Positions 49,271 through 59,472 are shown, numbered from the stretch's first letter. The stretch: DNA of 64,000 nt from Campylobacterota bacterium (GCA_034661055.1 JAYEKO010000061.1:1-64000); one strand, 5' to 3'. Notes: a model not told the origin generated them from the letters alone. Numbers and translations: made by a program.

Positions 49271-49294
49271 TTCGAGAAAAGTACTATAGTTAAA

Positions 49295-49447
49295 CTACAA
49301 TTTCATCTCTTTATGTTGAGTGTGCTCACGACACCATTTACAGTACTTACGCACTGTAAATTTCTCTGTGTGAGTCTTTTTGTTTTTAGTGGTGTGATAG
49401 TTACGTCTTGTACACTTCTCACACCCTAGGTGAATATTTTCTCTCAT
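49295..49447 (-). CDS. rpmG: 50S ribosomal protein L33, Zn-binding C+ form (not in the ORF track)
   Basis: Manual translation: MRENIHLGCEKCTRRNYHTTKNKKTHTEKFTVRKYCKWCREHTQHKEMKL. Confidence 0.97.
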   Translation of the reverse strand: MRENIHLGCEKCTRRNYHTTKNKKTHTEKFTVRKYCKWCREHTQHKEMKL

Positions 49448-49452
49448 ACTAA

Positions 49453-50652
49453 TTACTTAGTAATTTTAGCAACAACACCAGCGCCAACAGTACGACCACC
49501 TTCACGAATAGCGAAACGAGTTCCCTCTTCCATTGCGATTGGTGCGATTAGTTCAGCAGTGATTTTAACGTTATCACCTGGCATTACCATCTCAGTACCT
49601 TCTGGTAGCGTAATTGCACCAGTAACATCAGTTGTACGTACGTAGAACTGAGGACGGTAGTTAGTAAAGAATGGAGTATGACGACCACCCTCTTCTTTTG
49701 AAAGAATATATACTTCAGCTTCAAAAGTTGTATGTGGAGTGATTGAACCTGGTTTACATAGTACTTGACCACGCTCAACCTGCTCTTTATCAATACCACG
49801 TACAAGAATACCACAGTTATCACCAGCTTCACCCTGATCCATCTCTTTACGGAACATCTCAACACCAGTTACAGTAGTTGATTGAGTATCTTTAATACCA
49901 ACAATTTCTACTGCTTCACCAACTTTGATAGTACCACGTTCGATACGACCAGTTACAACTGTACCACGACCAGAAATTGAGAATACATCCTCAACTGGCA
50001 TTAGAAAGTCTTTATCAGTCTCACGCTCTGGCTCAGGAATATAAGCATCTACTTCTGCCATTAGTTTAATGATTTTATCTGACCACTCACCAAGAGTACC
50101 TTCTTTAGCTTCTTCAAGAGCTTTAAGTGCAGATCCAGCTACGATTGGAGTATCGTCACCTGGGAACTCGTATTGATCAAGTAGTTCACGGATTTCCATC
50201 TCTACTAGCTCAAGAAGTTCTTCATCATCAACCATATCTTCTTTGTTCATGAAAACAACGATGTAAGGTACACCAACTTGTTTTGAAAGAAGAATGTGCT
50301 CACGAGTTTGTGGCATAGGGCCATCCGCTGCAGATACAACTAGAATAGCGCCATCCATTTGAGCAGCACCAGTAATCATGTTCTTAACATAATCGGCGTG
50401 ACCTGGACAGTCAACGTGTGCATAGTGACGAATGTCTGTTTCATACTCTACGTGTGAAGTTGCAATCGTGATTCCACGCTCGCGCTCTTCAGGAGCGTTA
50501 TCGATCTGATCATAATCCATAAGCTCTGCATCACCTTTAACTGCTAATACTGCTGTAATAGCCGCTGTTAATGTAGTTTTACCGTGGTCAACGTGCCCGA
50601 TAGTACCGATGTTAACATGCGGTTTATTACGTTCAAATTTTTCTTTTGCCAT
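49453..50652 (-). CDS. tuf: Elongation factor Tu
   Basis: [21 protein letters not shown] and [10 protein letters not shown]. Confidence 0.99.
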   Translation of the reverse strand: MAKEKFERNKPHVNIGTIGHVDHGKTTLTAAITAVLAVKGDAELMDYDQIDNAPEERERGITIATSHVEYETDIRHYAHVDCPGHADYVKNMITGAAQMDGAILVVSAADGPMPQTREHILLSKQVGVPYIVVFMNKEDMVDDEELLELVEMEIRELLDQYEFPGDDTPIVAGSALKALEEAKEGTLGEWSDKIIKLMAEVDAYIPEPERETDKDFLMPVEDVFSISGRGTVVTGRIERGTIKVGEAVEIVGIKDTQSTTVTGVEMFRKEMDQGEAGDNCGILVRGIDKEQVERGQVLCKPGSITPHTTFEAEVYILSKEEGGRHTPFFTNYRPQFYVRTTDVTGAITLPEGTEMVMPGDNVKITAELIAPIAMEEGTRFAIREGGRTVGAGVVAKITK

Positions 50653-50687
50653 GTAGTCTCCTCTGACTCTTATTTTAATGAAATGGA

Positions 50688-50696
50688 ATTATATCA
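50688..50696 (-). promoter_or_regulatory. Extended -10 promoter (TGnTATAAT) of tuf
   Basis: TGATATAAT on minus, 36 nt upstream of the tuf ATG. Confidence 0.65.
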
Positions 50697-50761
50697 GAAA
50701 ATTATTCAATTATTACTTACATTTAACAATTAATAAGTAATTTCTTACTCATATGCTTCAA

Positions 50762-50836
<75 letters not shown>

Positions 50837-50988
50837 AAAATAAGCAATAGCTGAATAATTTAGCTGACAACATTTATTATATACATAAATTGATATTAGT
50901 GAAGTGATAAACTGTAATATATAGTTTAATTAAGAATATTGAAGTAAAAATTATTGTACTTCAGCTTCCAGAAATAAATTAGGTTCAA

Positions 50989-51065
50989 TGGAGCGGGTGA
51001 AGGGACTCGAACCCTCGACCCTCAGCTTGGAAGGCTGACGCTCTAGCCAACTGAGCTACGCCCGC
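50989..51065 (-). tRNA. tRNA-Gly (TCC)
   Basis: Anticodon arm TCAGC-CTTCCAA-GCTGA and CCA end. Confidence 0.97.
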
Positions 51066-51076
51066 GTCATCATTGA

Positions 51077-51161
51077 TGGTGGTGAGAGCAGGAGTCGAAC
51101 CTGCGAACCCATAGGGAGCAGATTTACAGTCTGCCGTCGTTGGCCACTTGACTATCTCACC
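51077..51161 (-). tRNA. tRNA-Tyr (GTA)
   Basis: 85 nt with long variable arm; GCAGA-CTGTAAA-TCTGC. Confidence 0.97.
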
Positions 51162-51217
51162 ACTAAAGTAATTTAAAATATATCTGGTCTAACACTGTTT
51201 CTAATACCCAATTTCAA

Positions 51218-51294
51218 TGGTGCTGACACGAGGATTTGAACCCCGGGCCTGTTGATTACAAATCAACTGCTCTAGCCAACTGAGCTATGTCAGC
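51218..51294 (-). tRNA. tRNA-Thr (TGT)
   Basis: GTTGA-TTTGTAA-TCAAC anticodon arm and CCA end. Confidence 0.97.
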
Positions 51295-51311
51295 ATTAAA
51301 ATTGAGTCAGA

Positions 51312-51340
51312 ATTATAGACGTTTTTGTTATTAATGTCAA
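51312..51340 (-). promoter_or_regulatory. Consensus sigma70 promoter of the tRNA operon
   Basis: TTGACA (51340-51335), 17 bp, TATAAT (51317-51312); 17 nt upstream of tRNA-Thr. Confidence 0.85.
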
Positions 51341-51424
51341 GCATTATCTAAAGAAATTTCAATATTTTATTTTTTACATGTAATTCTCGTATTTTTGATA
51401 CAATTTCTAAAAAAGATTAATACA

Positions 51425-52156
51425 ATGCTTTACACACTTTTTTCACCTGCTGAAAGTAAAAATTTTGGTGGCAATAACCCTACTCTAAGTAAATTGCTTT
51501 TCTCTGTAGAACTTCGTAAAGAGATTTTAGATACATATGAAGAGATTATACATGCTAACAGTAATGACGAACTCACTAAACTTTTTGGTCTTAAAAAAGA
51601 GAGTGACATCTTAAACTATAAAGACTCTATCTTCTCATCACCTACTATGGAAGCACTAAAGCGTTATGATGGTGTCGCCTATGACTATTTAAAATATCAA
51701 GATTTACATGTAAATGAGCAGAACTACCTTAAAGAGCATGTCATTATTTTCTCTAATCTTTTTGGACCTATTATGGGTGGGGACCTCATTCCTAACTACA
51801 AGGTTAAGCAAGGAGAACATATTAGAGGTATTGCACCTGAACAGTACTACAAAAAAGCTATTACTGAGAGTATGAACTCACTACTGAAGGGTTCAAATAT
51901 TTTAGATCTGCGTGCAGGTTATTATAATAAGTTTTACACCGCTTCACAACCGTACCATAGTGCTAAATTTTTAAAAGATGGAAAAGTTGTAAGTCACTGG
52001 GCAAAAGCATATCGAGGAATTTTACTCCGTGCTCTTGCTATTAATAAAATTGAAACGGTAGAGGAGTTTGTTAAAATGGAAGTTGAGAACTTAAAAGTTA
52101 AAGATATTTTACATGTAAAAAATAGAACTGAAATTGTATATGAGATCATACAATGA
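51425..52156 (+). CDS. yaaA: YaaA family peroxide-stress protein
   Basis: LFSPAESK, ALKRYDGVAY, IFSNLFG and VSHWAKAYRG; ATG 51425. Confidence 0.88.
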   Translation: MLYTLFSPAESKNFGGNNPTLSKLLFSVELRKEILDTYEEIIHANSNDELTKLFGLKKESDILNYKDSIFSSPTMEALKRYDGVAYDYLKYQDLHVNEQNYLKEHVIIFSNLFGPIMGGDLIPNYKVKQGEHIRGIAPEQYYKKAITESMNSLLKGSNILDLRAGYYNKFYTASQPYHSAKFLKDGKVVSHWAKAYRGILLRALAINKIETVEEFVKMEVENLKVKDILHVKNRTEIVYEIIQ

Positions 52157-52395
52157 GTAAGCAATATTTTATAGATAGTCCTGAGAAGATGACGCTAAAA
52201 GAAGATGTTAAATTTGCTTACTGTAGTTGTGGACTAAGTGAAACCTTTCCACTATGTAACGGAAATCATCGCGGTACAGAATTCAAGCCTATAAAAATAA
52301 CACCCAACAAGGATACAACAGTGATGTTATGTCGATGTGGAAAATCAAAAACTAAACCTAAGTGTGATAATTCACACCTAAATGGAGATACATAA
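52153..52395 (+). CDS. CDGSH iron-sulfur protein with two motifs
   Basis: CSCGLSETFPLCNGNH and CRCGKSKTKPKCDNSH. Confidence 0.9.
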   Translation: MSKQYFIDSPEKMTLKEDVKFAYCSCGLSETFPLCNGNHRGTEFKPIKITPNKDTTVMLCRCGKSKTKPKCDNSHLNGDT

Positions 52396-52396
52396 T

Positions 52397-52717
52397 ATGC
52401 CTACAATTGAAACAATTAATAGTACTATTGAAAATAACTTAGCTGTAGTGCTCTATTTTAGTGCGCCAACTTGCAATGTCTGCCATGCACTTAAACCTAA
52501 ACTTTTTGATGCCATTAAAAACAGCTTCAAGACTTTTGAGATTATCTCTATTGATATATCACAGACTCCTGAAATTGCTTCACACTTCAGCGTCTTTACT
52601 ATTCCTACCCTCTTGGTATTTCTAGATTCAAAAGAGTTTTTACGAAAAAGCCGTCATATGAGTGTCGATGAAGTTATTAGAGAGATTAAACGACCTTATG
52701 ACATTATGACAACATAA
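52397..52717 (+). CDS. Thioredoxin family protein
   Basis: CNVC active site and cis-Pro motif TIPT; GGAGA RBS before ATG 52397. Confidence 0.88.
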   Translation: MPTIETINSTIENNLAVVLYFSAPTCNVCHALKPKLFDAIKNSFKTFEIISIDISQTPEIASHFSVFTIPTLLVFLDSKEFLRKSRHMSVDEVIREIKRPYDIMTT

Positions 52718-52721
52718 AAGA

Positions 52722-53480
52722 TTATAGTTTAAACGCTATAAGCGCTGCTGTCACTGCAACATTTAGTGATTCAACTCCCCTATTCATTGGAATTGCAACA
52801 GAGTTGTTGCACAGCGAGAGTACATCACTACTCACTCCCTCACTCTCATTTCCTAAAATGAAAATAGATTTTTGTGGAATCTCTAACGTCTCTAAACTCT
52901 TAAGTGCATGAGAACTTAGCGCATAGATTTCACTACTACCACAGAGTGGTTCAAGTGATTCTTCAAGGTTATCACAGTAAAAAATCTCTATTTTAAAAAG
53001 AGCTCCACTACTCGCTTTCATCACAAGAGGAGAGAGTTTAGCACTATTCTTTTTTGGCAGAATAACACCATCTATATTTCCAGCAGCAGCTGAGCGTAGA
53101 ATCATTCCAAGATTTTGTGGATTATGAATACCATCAAGAGCTAAGAGTCGGTAGCCATCTTCAAAATACTCTTCAATACGATTTACATGTAAATATTTTG
53201 GAGTAATCACATCAATAGCAACTCCCTGATCTTGTTTAGCATTTTTAGAGATACGAGAGAGCTTAGCTTTGTTGTGATAATAGACTTCAACACCTCGTTG
53301 CTTACAGAGTGAAGTAATTTTCTTAATAACACCATCAGGCTTGTTAGAATCTGAAAGGTGCACTTTATGGATCTCTAAACTCTCATCTTCTAAAAGTTCT
53401 ACAGTAACATTCCTTCCATAAAAGGTAATAATATTATCAAAAAATGCTTTTTTCTCTAGATACTCTAGTGAATCTTTCAA
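52722..53480 (-). CDS. TrmH/SpoU family RNA methyltransferase
   Basis: DGIHNPQNLGMILRS, LGNESEGV and IPMNRGVESLNVAV. Confidence 0.93.
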   Translation of the reverse strand: MKDSLEYLEKKAFFDNIITFYGRNVTVELLEDESLEIHKVHLSDSNKPDGVIKKITSLCKQRGVEVYYHNKAKLSRISKNAKQDQGVAIDVITPKYLHVNRIEEYFEDGYRLLALDGIHNPQNLGMILRSAAAGNIDGVILPKKNSAKLSPLVMKASSGALFKIEIFYCDNLEESLEPLCGSSEIYALSSHALKSLETLEIPQKSIFILGNESEGVSSDVLSLCNNSVAIPMNRGVESLNVAVTAALIAFKL

Positions 53481-55318
53481 TCTAATAATCCTTTACAGTG
53501 CTCAAAAAGTATATCTTCTATATTATCTATAAGGATTATACCATTTGAATCATTAGCAATATAGAGCTTTTTGTCTCCATTTTCTAACTCATAAAGTTCT
53601 AAATCTCTCACCGCACTTCTTTGGGCGATATCACCTACTGTAAAATATGCAACGCCACAGAGTCTTGGATAGGTGCTATCACTAATATCAAGAACTTTTA
53701 CACCACCAGTAACATCAGCAACAAAGAGTGCTTTTGCATTTTTAGAACGATCAACACGAACTGTTTCACCTAAAGTATTAGCACGGCTTCCCTCGGTCAA
53801 ATAGTGTCCCACATATTTAAGCACACCGGTATCATCACTATCAAAAATTTCTACACCTTTGTCGGTTGAGACATAGAGCTCATTACTGTTTGCTGCTAAA
53901 TGAATATCGTAAGCACTCGTACCATTTTGTAGTTCAATACTATCTATAAGAACAGGAGCACTACTTGAAATATCAATAGATTTAACCCCACTGCTACCGT
54001 CTGCAATATAGACTATTTTTCTATTATTAGATACCGTAACAGCGTGAGTATCACTACCTATCTGTCCTGAACCGATGAGATATGAGCTATTTAAATCAAA
54101 ATCACTATCGCATGTTAGTGTTGTAGCATCAATAATCTTTAATCCAGCTACTCCATCTGCAATAAGCAGAAGTTCTAGATTTTTGGCATTGGTTGTCGTA
54201 TAGTGCACATCATATGCTTTTGCATTGGCAACTCCAGACCGGTATCCTCCACGCTTAGTCACTCTATATAGATCAATAAGTGTCGATGAATAAAAGAGCA
54301 CTTCGTTAGATTGAGACGCTACTGCAATACAGCGATCATCATCTCTGTCAAAATACTCCATTGAGGTTCCAAAACCACTAATGTTTTGCTCATAATTACC
54401 AATTCTGTCACTAATGACCGCAGTGTCAATAATATCAAATCCATCATTTCCTGCAGCAACATACGCCAAAGAGTTATTATGATCTAATGCAAGATCCCAA
54501 TAAGCGAGATTTCCATCCCTATTGTACTGAGATGATAAATAGCTATCTGCAGGAAGTGTGACAATATTGTCGAGGTAATCATAATTCAAGCGTGAAGAAA
54601 TCATCGGTGTTGTGTTACTGTTTAAGTAACTTAAGACTTTTGCATCTATAAGATATAGCACTACTAATGACTCGTGATATTTAGCAGCATCACTTGCATT
54701 CATGCTTACTAAATAACGATTGTAAAAAGTCTCTACTAAATTAAAATAGAGATCAACTGCATCTAAATTACTTGAATTATAATCACTATTTTGTCGTGTC
54801 TGAAAAATAGAGTCTGACAACATCGCTAAACGCTTATTTGAAGAGGTTATCGGCGTTGCATTTTTAATGTAATTTTCATCAAGAGTATAATGCAGTGCCA
54901 TGTTGCTAAGTGCTGTATCATAAAGTGTCTCATTGTAGTCAAATGTTGCAGTATTAAAGCCAGCGGAGGTCAAAAGAGATGTGGTAAGTTCAGTTACTGC
55001 CGTTGATCTTGAGTACAATACTGTATTAAATTCAATATCTGAAGCTGTTTTCTTACCATCAAAATCAACATCAATATAGCTTTCTACTCCATCACTTGTC
55101 GCAACAACGGGCCATGTTATAGCTTGAGAAAATGTATAGATATTTTTACTCATATCTTTTTGAATAGCAAGCTGTCCTTTAGCATCTTTAACAACAGCAC
55201 GATTAACCGGAGCAATAGAGTAAACGCTAACTTCTTCAACACTGCTTGAGCCGCTGCCGCAAGCACTAAAGAGAAATAAAATATGTACTAGGATTAGGGA
55301 AAATAAGATTGTTTTCAT
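53477..55318 (-). CDS. Lipoprotein with LVIVD-type beta-propeller repeats
   Basis: FSA-C lipobox plus Ser linker; repeats AYVAAGNDGFDIID, LLIADGVAGLKIID, VYIADGSSGVKSIDIS, LFVADVTGGVKVLDIS and LYIANDSNGIILID. Start could be 55318 or 55345. Confidence 0.8.
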   Translation of the reverse strand: MKTILFSLILVHILFLFSACGSGSSSVEEVSVYSIAPVNRAVVKDAKGQLAIQKDMSKNIYTFSQAITWPVVATSDGVESYIDVDFDGKKTASDIEFNTVLYSRSTAVTELTTSLLTSAGFNTATFDYNETLYDTALSNMALHYTLDENYIKNATPITSSNKRLAMLSDSIFQTRQNSDYNSSNLDAVDLYFNLVETFYNRYLVSMNASDAAKYHESLVVLYLIDAKVLSYLNSNTTPMISSRLNYDYLDNIVTLPADSYLSSQYNRDGNLAYWDLALDHNNSLAYVAAGNDGFDIIDTAVISDRIGNYEQNISGFGTSMEYFDRDDDRCIAVASQSNEVLFYSSTLIDLYRVTKRGGYRSGVANAKAYDVHYTTTNAKNLELLLIADGVAGLKIIDATTLTCDSDFDLNSSYLIGSGQIGSDTHAVTVSNNRKIVYIADGSSGVKSIDISSSAPVLIDSIELQNGTSAYDIHLAANSNELYVSTDKGVEIFDSDDTGVLKYVGHYLTEGSRANTLGETVRVDRSKNAKALFVADVTGGVKVLDISDSTYPRLCGVAYFTVGDIAQRSAVRDLELYELENGDKKLYIANDSNGIILIDNIEDILFEHCKGLLD

Positions 55319-55386
55319 ATTGGAGTAAAGCAATTTTAGTTCCAAAGATAATTTACATGTAATTTTAAATTACATGTAAACTGAGA

Positions 55387-57306
55387 TTATTTAATTTTTT
55401 GAGCTACCGCTTGTGCACTAAAACCAAATTTTTCAAATAGTTTAGAAGCTGGTGCAGAAGCTCCAAAGCTATTCATAGCAATCACATCATCGGCTAGCTT
55501 ATACCACTCCATGCCGCGAGCCGCTTCAATAGCTACCGCTTTAACACCAGGCTTAATAATAGAGTCAATATATGATGGATCTTGCTCTATAAAAAGATCA
55601 AAACATGGAATACTAGCAACGTTAACAGGAACACCCTTCTCATTTAAAAGTGCTTTAGTCTCTAGAGCCAAACCTACTTCTGATCCTGATGCCATTAAGG
55701 TAATGACTGCATTGTCATCTTCACTCAAAAGGTATCCACCCTGCGAAGCAGAACCAAGAGCTGGTGCATCGAGCAGTGGAAGCCCTTGACGTGATGCCAC
55801 AAATGCAGATGGTGAGCTCGTCATACTTAGTGCTGTTTTCCATGCCTCTACATTCTCATTTCCATCTGCCGGACGCCATACATAGAAGTTTGGCAGTGCA
55901 CGAAACTGACTTAAGTGTTCAATTGGCTGGTGTGTCGGTCCATCTTCGCCCACACCAATACTGTCGTGAGTCCAGATAAAAAACTGCTGAATGTTGCTCA
56001 GTGCTGCAATACGAGCAGCAGGTTTAAGGTAGTCACTAAATACAAAAAATGTTGCACTAAATGGCATTAATGGACCGTAAAGTGCAATAGCATTAGTAAT
56101 TGATGCCATAGCATGTTCTCGAATTCCAAAATAGATGTTTCTACCTTTTGGAAAGACTCCCATATCTTTTAAATCAGTTTTATTTGATGGGCTTAGATCT
56201 GCTGAGCCTCCTAAAAATCCTGGAAGGCCACGGGCAATAGCATTCATAATTTTACCATTAGTACTTCGTGTTGCATCGGCTTTATCAAATGTCGGCCACT
56301 GGATTCTTGAAACATCTGGATTAAGTAATGAATTTAGTGCTTCATTCTGCTCTGCAAGTGGTAGTGTGTTTAGCGAATGTTTCCACTCACGCTCATACAG
56401 GTCACCTTTCTCAAGAGCACATCTAAAACGTACCATTACATCTTCATCAACATGAAACGACTTTTGCGGATCAAAACCAGCTTTAGTTTTTGCCGCTGCT
56501 ATCTCATCACTGCCTAGTGGAGCACCGTGAGAGTGGTGAGAACCTTCCATAGTGTCTGCACCTTTTGCAATTATTGTGTTTGCAATAATAATAGACGGTT
56601 TTACTGCCTCTTTTGCTTGAGTCATTGCAGCATCAATCTCATCAAAATTATGACCATCAACCTCTAAGACTTCCCAGCCTTGAGAGTTAAACCGTCCACG
56701 AATATCTTCTGAAATACTTAAATCAGTTGAACCCTCAATTGTAATACGGTTAGAGTCGTAAATAAGTACTAAGTTATCTAGCTTATTGTGCCCTGCAATT
56801 GAACACGCTTCATAACTAATACCCTCTTCAAGGTCACCGTCACCACAGAGGACATAAACATTATGATCAATCACATCAGCGGTATCAGAGTTGACCTGAG
56901 CACCCATAAATTTTGCCGCCATTGCAAAACCAACACCATTTGCAACCCCTTGACCAAGAGGTCCTGTAGTAATCTCAATACCTTCAGTATGACCATATTC
57001 TGGATGCCCTGGAGTTTTGGAGTCTAACTGACGGAAATTTTTTAGGTCTTCTACCTCAAGACCGTAGCCCCAGAGGTAGTAAAGTGAGTAGATTAACCCC
57101 GTTGCATGACCGCCTGAAAATACAAGACGATCACGGTTGAGCCATGATGGATTCTTTGGATTATGACGCATATGTTCACTTAACACTACTGCAATATCTG
57201 CAAGGCCCATTGGAGCACCAGGGTGTCCTGAATTTGCTGCTTGAACCATATCTGCTGCTAAAAACCTAACTGTATCTGCCATTTTTTGACGCATTGCATT
57301 ACCCAT
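55387..57306 (-). CDS. tkt: Transketolase
   Basis: SGHPGAPMG, TGPLGQG, GDGDLEEG and THDSIGVGEDGPTHQP. Confidence 0.98.
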   Translation of the reverse strand: MGNAMRQKMADTVRFLAADMVQAANSGHPGAPMGLADIAVVLSEHMRHNPKNPSWLNRDRLVFSGGHATGLIYSLYYLWGYGLEVEDLKNFRQLDSKTPGHPEYGHTEGIEITTGPLGQGVANGVGFAMAAKFMGAQVNSDTADVIDHNVYVLCGDGDLEEGISYEACSIAGHNKLDNLVLIYDSNRITIEGSTDLSISEDIRGRFNSQGWEVLEVDGHNFDEIDAAMTQAKEAVKPSIIIANTIIAKGADTMEGSHHSHGAPLGSDEIAAAKTKAGFDPQKSFHVDEDVMVRFRCALEKGDLYEREWKHSLNTLPLAEQNEALNSLLNPDVSRIQWPTFDKADATRSTNGKIMNAIARGLPGFLGGSADLSPSNKTDLKDMGVFPKGRNIYFGIREHAMASITNAIALYGPLMPFSATFFVFSDYLKPAARIAALSNIQQFFIWTHDSIGVGEDGPTHQPIEHLSQFRALPNFYVWRPADGNENVEAWKTALSMTSSPSAFVASRQGLPLLDAPALGSASQGGYLLSEDDNAVITLMASGSEVGLALETKALLNEKGVPVNVASIPCFDLFIEQDPSYIDSIIKPGVKAVAIEAARGMEWYKLADDVIAMNSFGASAPASKLFEKFGFSAQAVAQKIK

Positions 57307-57309
57307 TTA

Positions 57310-58158
57310 CTATTCCTTGTGTCTATTGATATATTTAATTAAAAGTGTGGAGAGTTCTTCTTTAAGTCGAGAGTCAAAGGTCTTCATTTCATCTAAAAGC
57401 TCACCTGCTAATTCATCTGCTTCTTTAAGTGAATTTTCTAAGCCTATGAGTGTTACAAAGCTATTTTTATCCCCATCATTACTTGTAGTCTTTCCTGCCT
57501 CTTGTGAGCTCTGTGTGACATCTAAAATGTCATCTTGAATCTGAAAAAGCAGTCCTAATTTAATTCCAAAGTCATACAGCTGCTTAGCTAAGATATCTTC
57601 GCCAACAATTAGAGCACCCATCTTCAGTGACGCGGCAATGAGCTTTGCTGTCTTATTTACATGTAAAATCTTAACCTGATCTAACTCTAGAGGCTGATTC
57701 TCAAAGTGACAATCTATAATTTGACCCAAAACCATGCCGTTTAAGCCTCCATTATGAGAGAGTTCACGAATTAATTTTACTCTAATACTATCACTAAAAG
57801 GTGCCGTTGCAAGAACTTCAAAAGAGTAGGTATTAAGTGCATCACCCACAAGTACTGCCGTTACTTCATCATATTTTACATGTAGTGTAAGCTTCCCGCG
57901 ACGCAAGTCTGCATTGTCCATCATAGGGAGATCATCATGTATTAAAGAGTAGGTGTGAAGCAGTTCGACAGCATAAGCTGCATGGTATGCACCAGGAAGC
58001 ATCAGAGAGTTAAATGCTTTAACTACACCTAAAAGCAGTGCTGGACGAAATCGTTTTCCGCCTGCAAGAAGCATCTCGTGAAGTGCATTTTCGTAATGAG
58101 GATGAAAGCCCTCAGCTTGAGGAAGATTATTTTTTAAAAAGTATTCAAACTCTTTCAT
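57310..58158 (-). CDS. ispA: Polyprenyl (farnesyl) diphosphate synthase
   Basis: GGKRFRP, SLIHDDLPMMD..RRG and FQIQDDILD. Confidence 0.93.
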   Translation of the reverse strand: MKEFEYFLKNNLPQAEGFHPHYENALHEMLLAGGKRFRPALLLGVVKAFNSLMLPGAYHAAYAVELLHTYSLIHDDLPMMDNADLRRGKLTLHVKYDEVTAVLVGDALNTYSFEVLATAPFSDSIRVKLIRELSHNGGLNGMVLGQIIDCHFENQPLELDQVKILHVNKTAKLIAASLKMGALIVGEDILAKQLYDFGIKLGLLFQIQDDILDVTQSSQEAGKTTSNDGDKNSFVTLIGLENSLKEADELAGELLDEMKTFDSRLKEELSTLLIKYINRHKE

Positions 58159-58460
58159 TTAGCAAACGGATTCATACCGCCAAGCGCACCCATTGCACTA
58201 TTTTTTTTATTATCTTCGACCATCTTGTTGGCATCATTAATGGCTGCAATAAGAAGAATTTGAAGTGATGATTTATCTTCTAAAAGAGTGTCATCTATAT
58301 TGACATCAAGAACTTCACCATTTCCACTGATGGTTACCTGAACCATACCACCACCAGTTTTAACAGTAAACTCTTTAGAAGCGAGCTCCGCTTCCATTTT
58401 TTGGGCAGACTCTTGAAGACCTTCAAGCATCTTGCCCATATCGCCTAAATTGCCGAACAT
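58155..58460 (-). CDS. ybaB: YbaB/EbfC nucleoid-associated protein
   Basis: GGGMVQVTISG...LQILLIAAINDA. Confidence 0.92.
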   Translation of the reverse strand: MFGNLGDMGKMLEGLQESAQKMEAELASKEFTVKTGGGMVQVTISGNGEVLDVNIDDTLLEDKSSLQILLIAAINDANKMVEDNKKNSAMGALGGMNPFAK

Positions 58461-58825
58461 TAAATTTCCTCTAATTCTTCAACAATATCATTATTTTCAT
58501 CAACAATAACAACCTTTGGCTTGTACGTTTCAAGGTCTTTTTCATCATAAGTTGCATAAGCCACAACAATAACCTTATCTCCAACGTGAACCTTACGAGC
58601 AGCGGCCCCATTTAAACAAATGTCACGCTTGCCGCGCTCTCCTAAAATAATATAAGTAGAAAAACGCTCACCATTATTGATATTTAAAATTTCTACTTTC
58701 TGTCCCACTCTCATTTTTGAAGCTTCTAAAAGCTCCTCATCAATAGTAATAGAACCAACATAATTCAAATTTGCATCTGTAACCGTTGCACGGTGAATTT
58801 TGCTGTAAAGCATTTCGATTGTCAT
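58460..58825 (-). CDS. panD: Aspartate 1-decarboxylase
   Basis: [17 protein letters not shown] cleavage site and LNGAAAR. Confidence 0.98.
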   Translation of the reverse strand: MTIEMLYSKIHRATVTDANLNYVGSITIDEELLEASKMRVGQKVEILNINNGERFSTYIILGERGKRDICLNGAAARKVHVGDKVIVVAYATYDEKDLETYKPKVVIVDENNDIVEELEEI

Positions 58826-58831
58826 AGCTCT

Positions 58832-59206
58832 TTATCTTCCCATCTGTTTCATCATCTCATCTGGTGTAATAGCATCATCCCATAACTCACCGTCAATGAC
58901 ATATTCATCAACCACTTTACCACCAATAATATGCTCATCAACAATACGAGAAATTTTCTCTTTGTCTAGCTGTGCATACATTACATGACCTGGTTCTACT
59001 AACATAACCGGTCCTACATTACAGCGGTTCATACACGAAGTACGAATTGGTTGCACTGTTCCAATTATACCCTTTTGCATTAATATTTGTGCTAAATGCT
59101 GAAAAAGATCCTGAGTCTCTGGATTAACACAAGACGGTTTTGGCATCCCCGGAGGATTTGATTGTTCACATTTAAAGATATAAAAAGCTGGTTGAGGTAA
59201 ACCCAT
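58832..59206 (-). CDS. Thioredoxin-like [2Fe-2S] ferredoxin
   Basis: C-x12-C...CMNRC..GPVMLVEP..Y...IVDEHI.GG; TATAAT at 59237-59242 upstream. Confidence 0.88.
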   Translation of the reverse strand: MGLPQPAFYIFKCEQSNPPGMPKPSCVNPETQDLFQHLAQILMQKGIIGTVQPIRTSCMNRCNVGPVMLVEPGHVMYAQLDKEKISRIVDEHIIGGKVVDEYVIDGELWDDAITPDEMMKQMGR

Positions 59207-59451
59207 GATTTTTCTCCATAAGAAAATTTTTGCGTGATTATATCTAAAATGAGACTAAAAAAGTATTTATTTAAAAGTATATTATTTTTTTAAGGAATAT
59301 ACATGTAGTTTTAAATGGTATGTCATGAAAATAACAGTGCAAGAGTGGGAGAGTGGGATAAAACATACAAAGTGTCACTGGTGGAGCTCTCCAATGTACT
59401 TGATAAGCTTTTTACACATATTTTGAGGTTTTATAAATAATATTTTTATTT

Positions 59452-59472
59452 TGTAATACAATATGTCATACA
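59452..59472 (+). promoter_or_regulatory. Putative antitoxin operator (tandem short palindromes)
   Basis: TGTAATACA-ATA-TGTCATACA just upstream of the RHH antitoxin RBS. Confidence 0.5.

Noticed and set aside
49095..49289. 64-aa plus-strand ORF
   Set aside because: Antisense to tRNA-Trp and repeat copy C.
50837..50988. Small RNA or ORF in the AT-rich tRNA-Thr/tRNA-Gly spacer
   Set aside because: Only weak AT-rich hairpins and no convincing ORF or motif.
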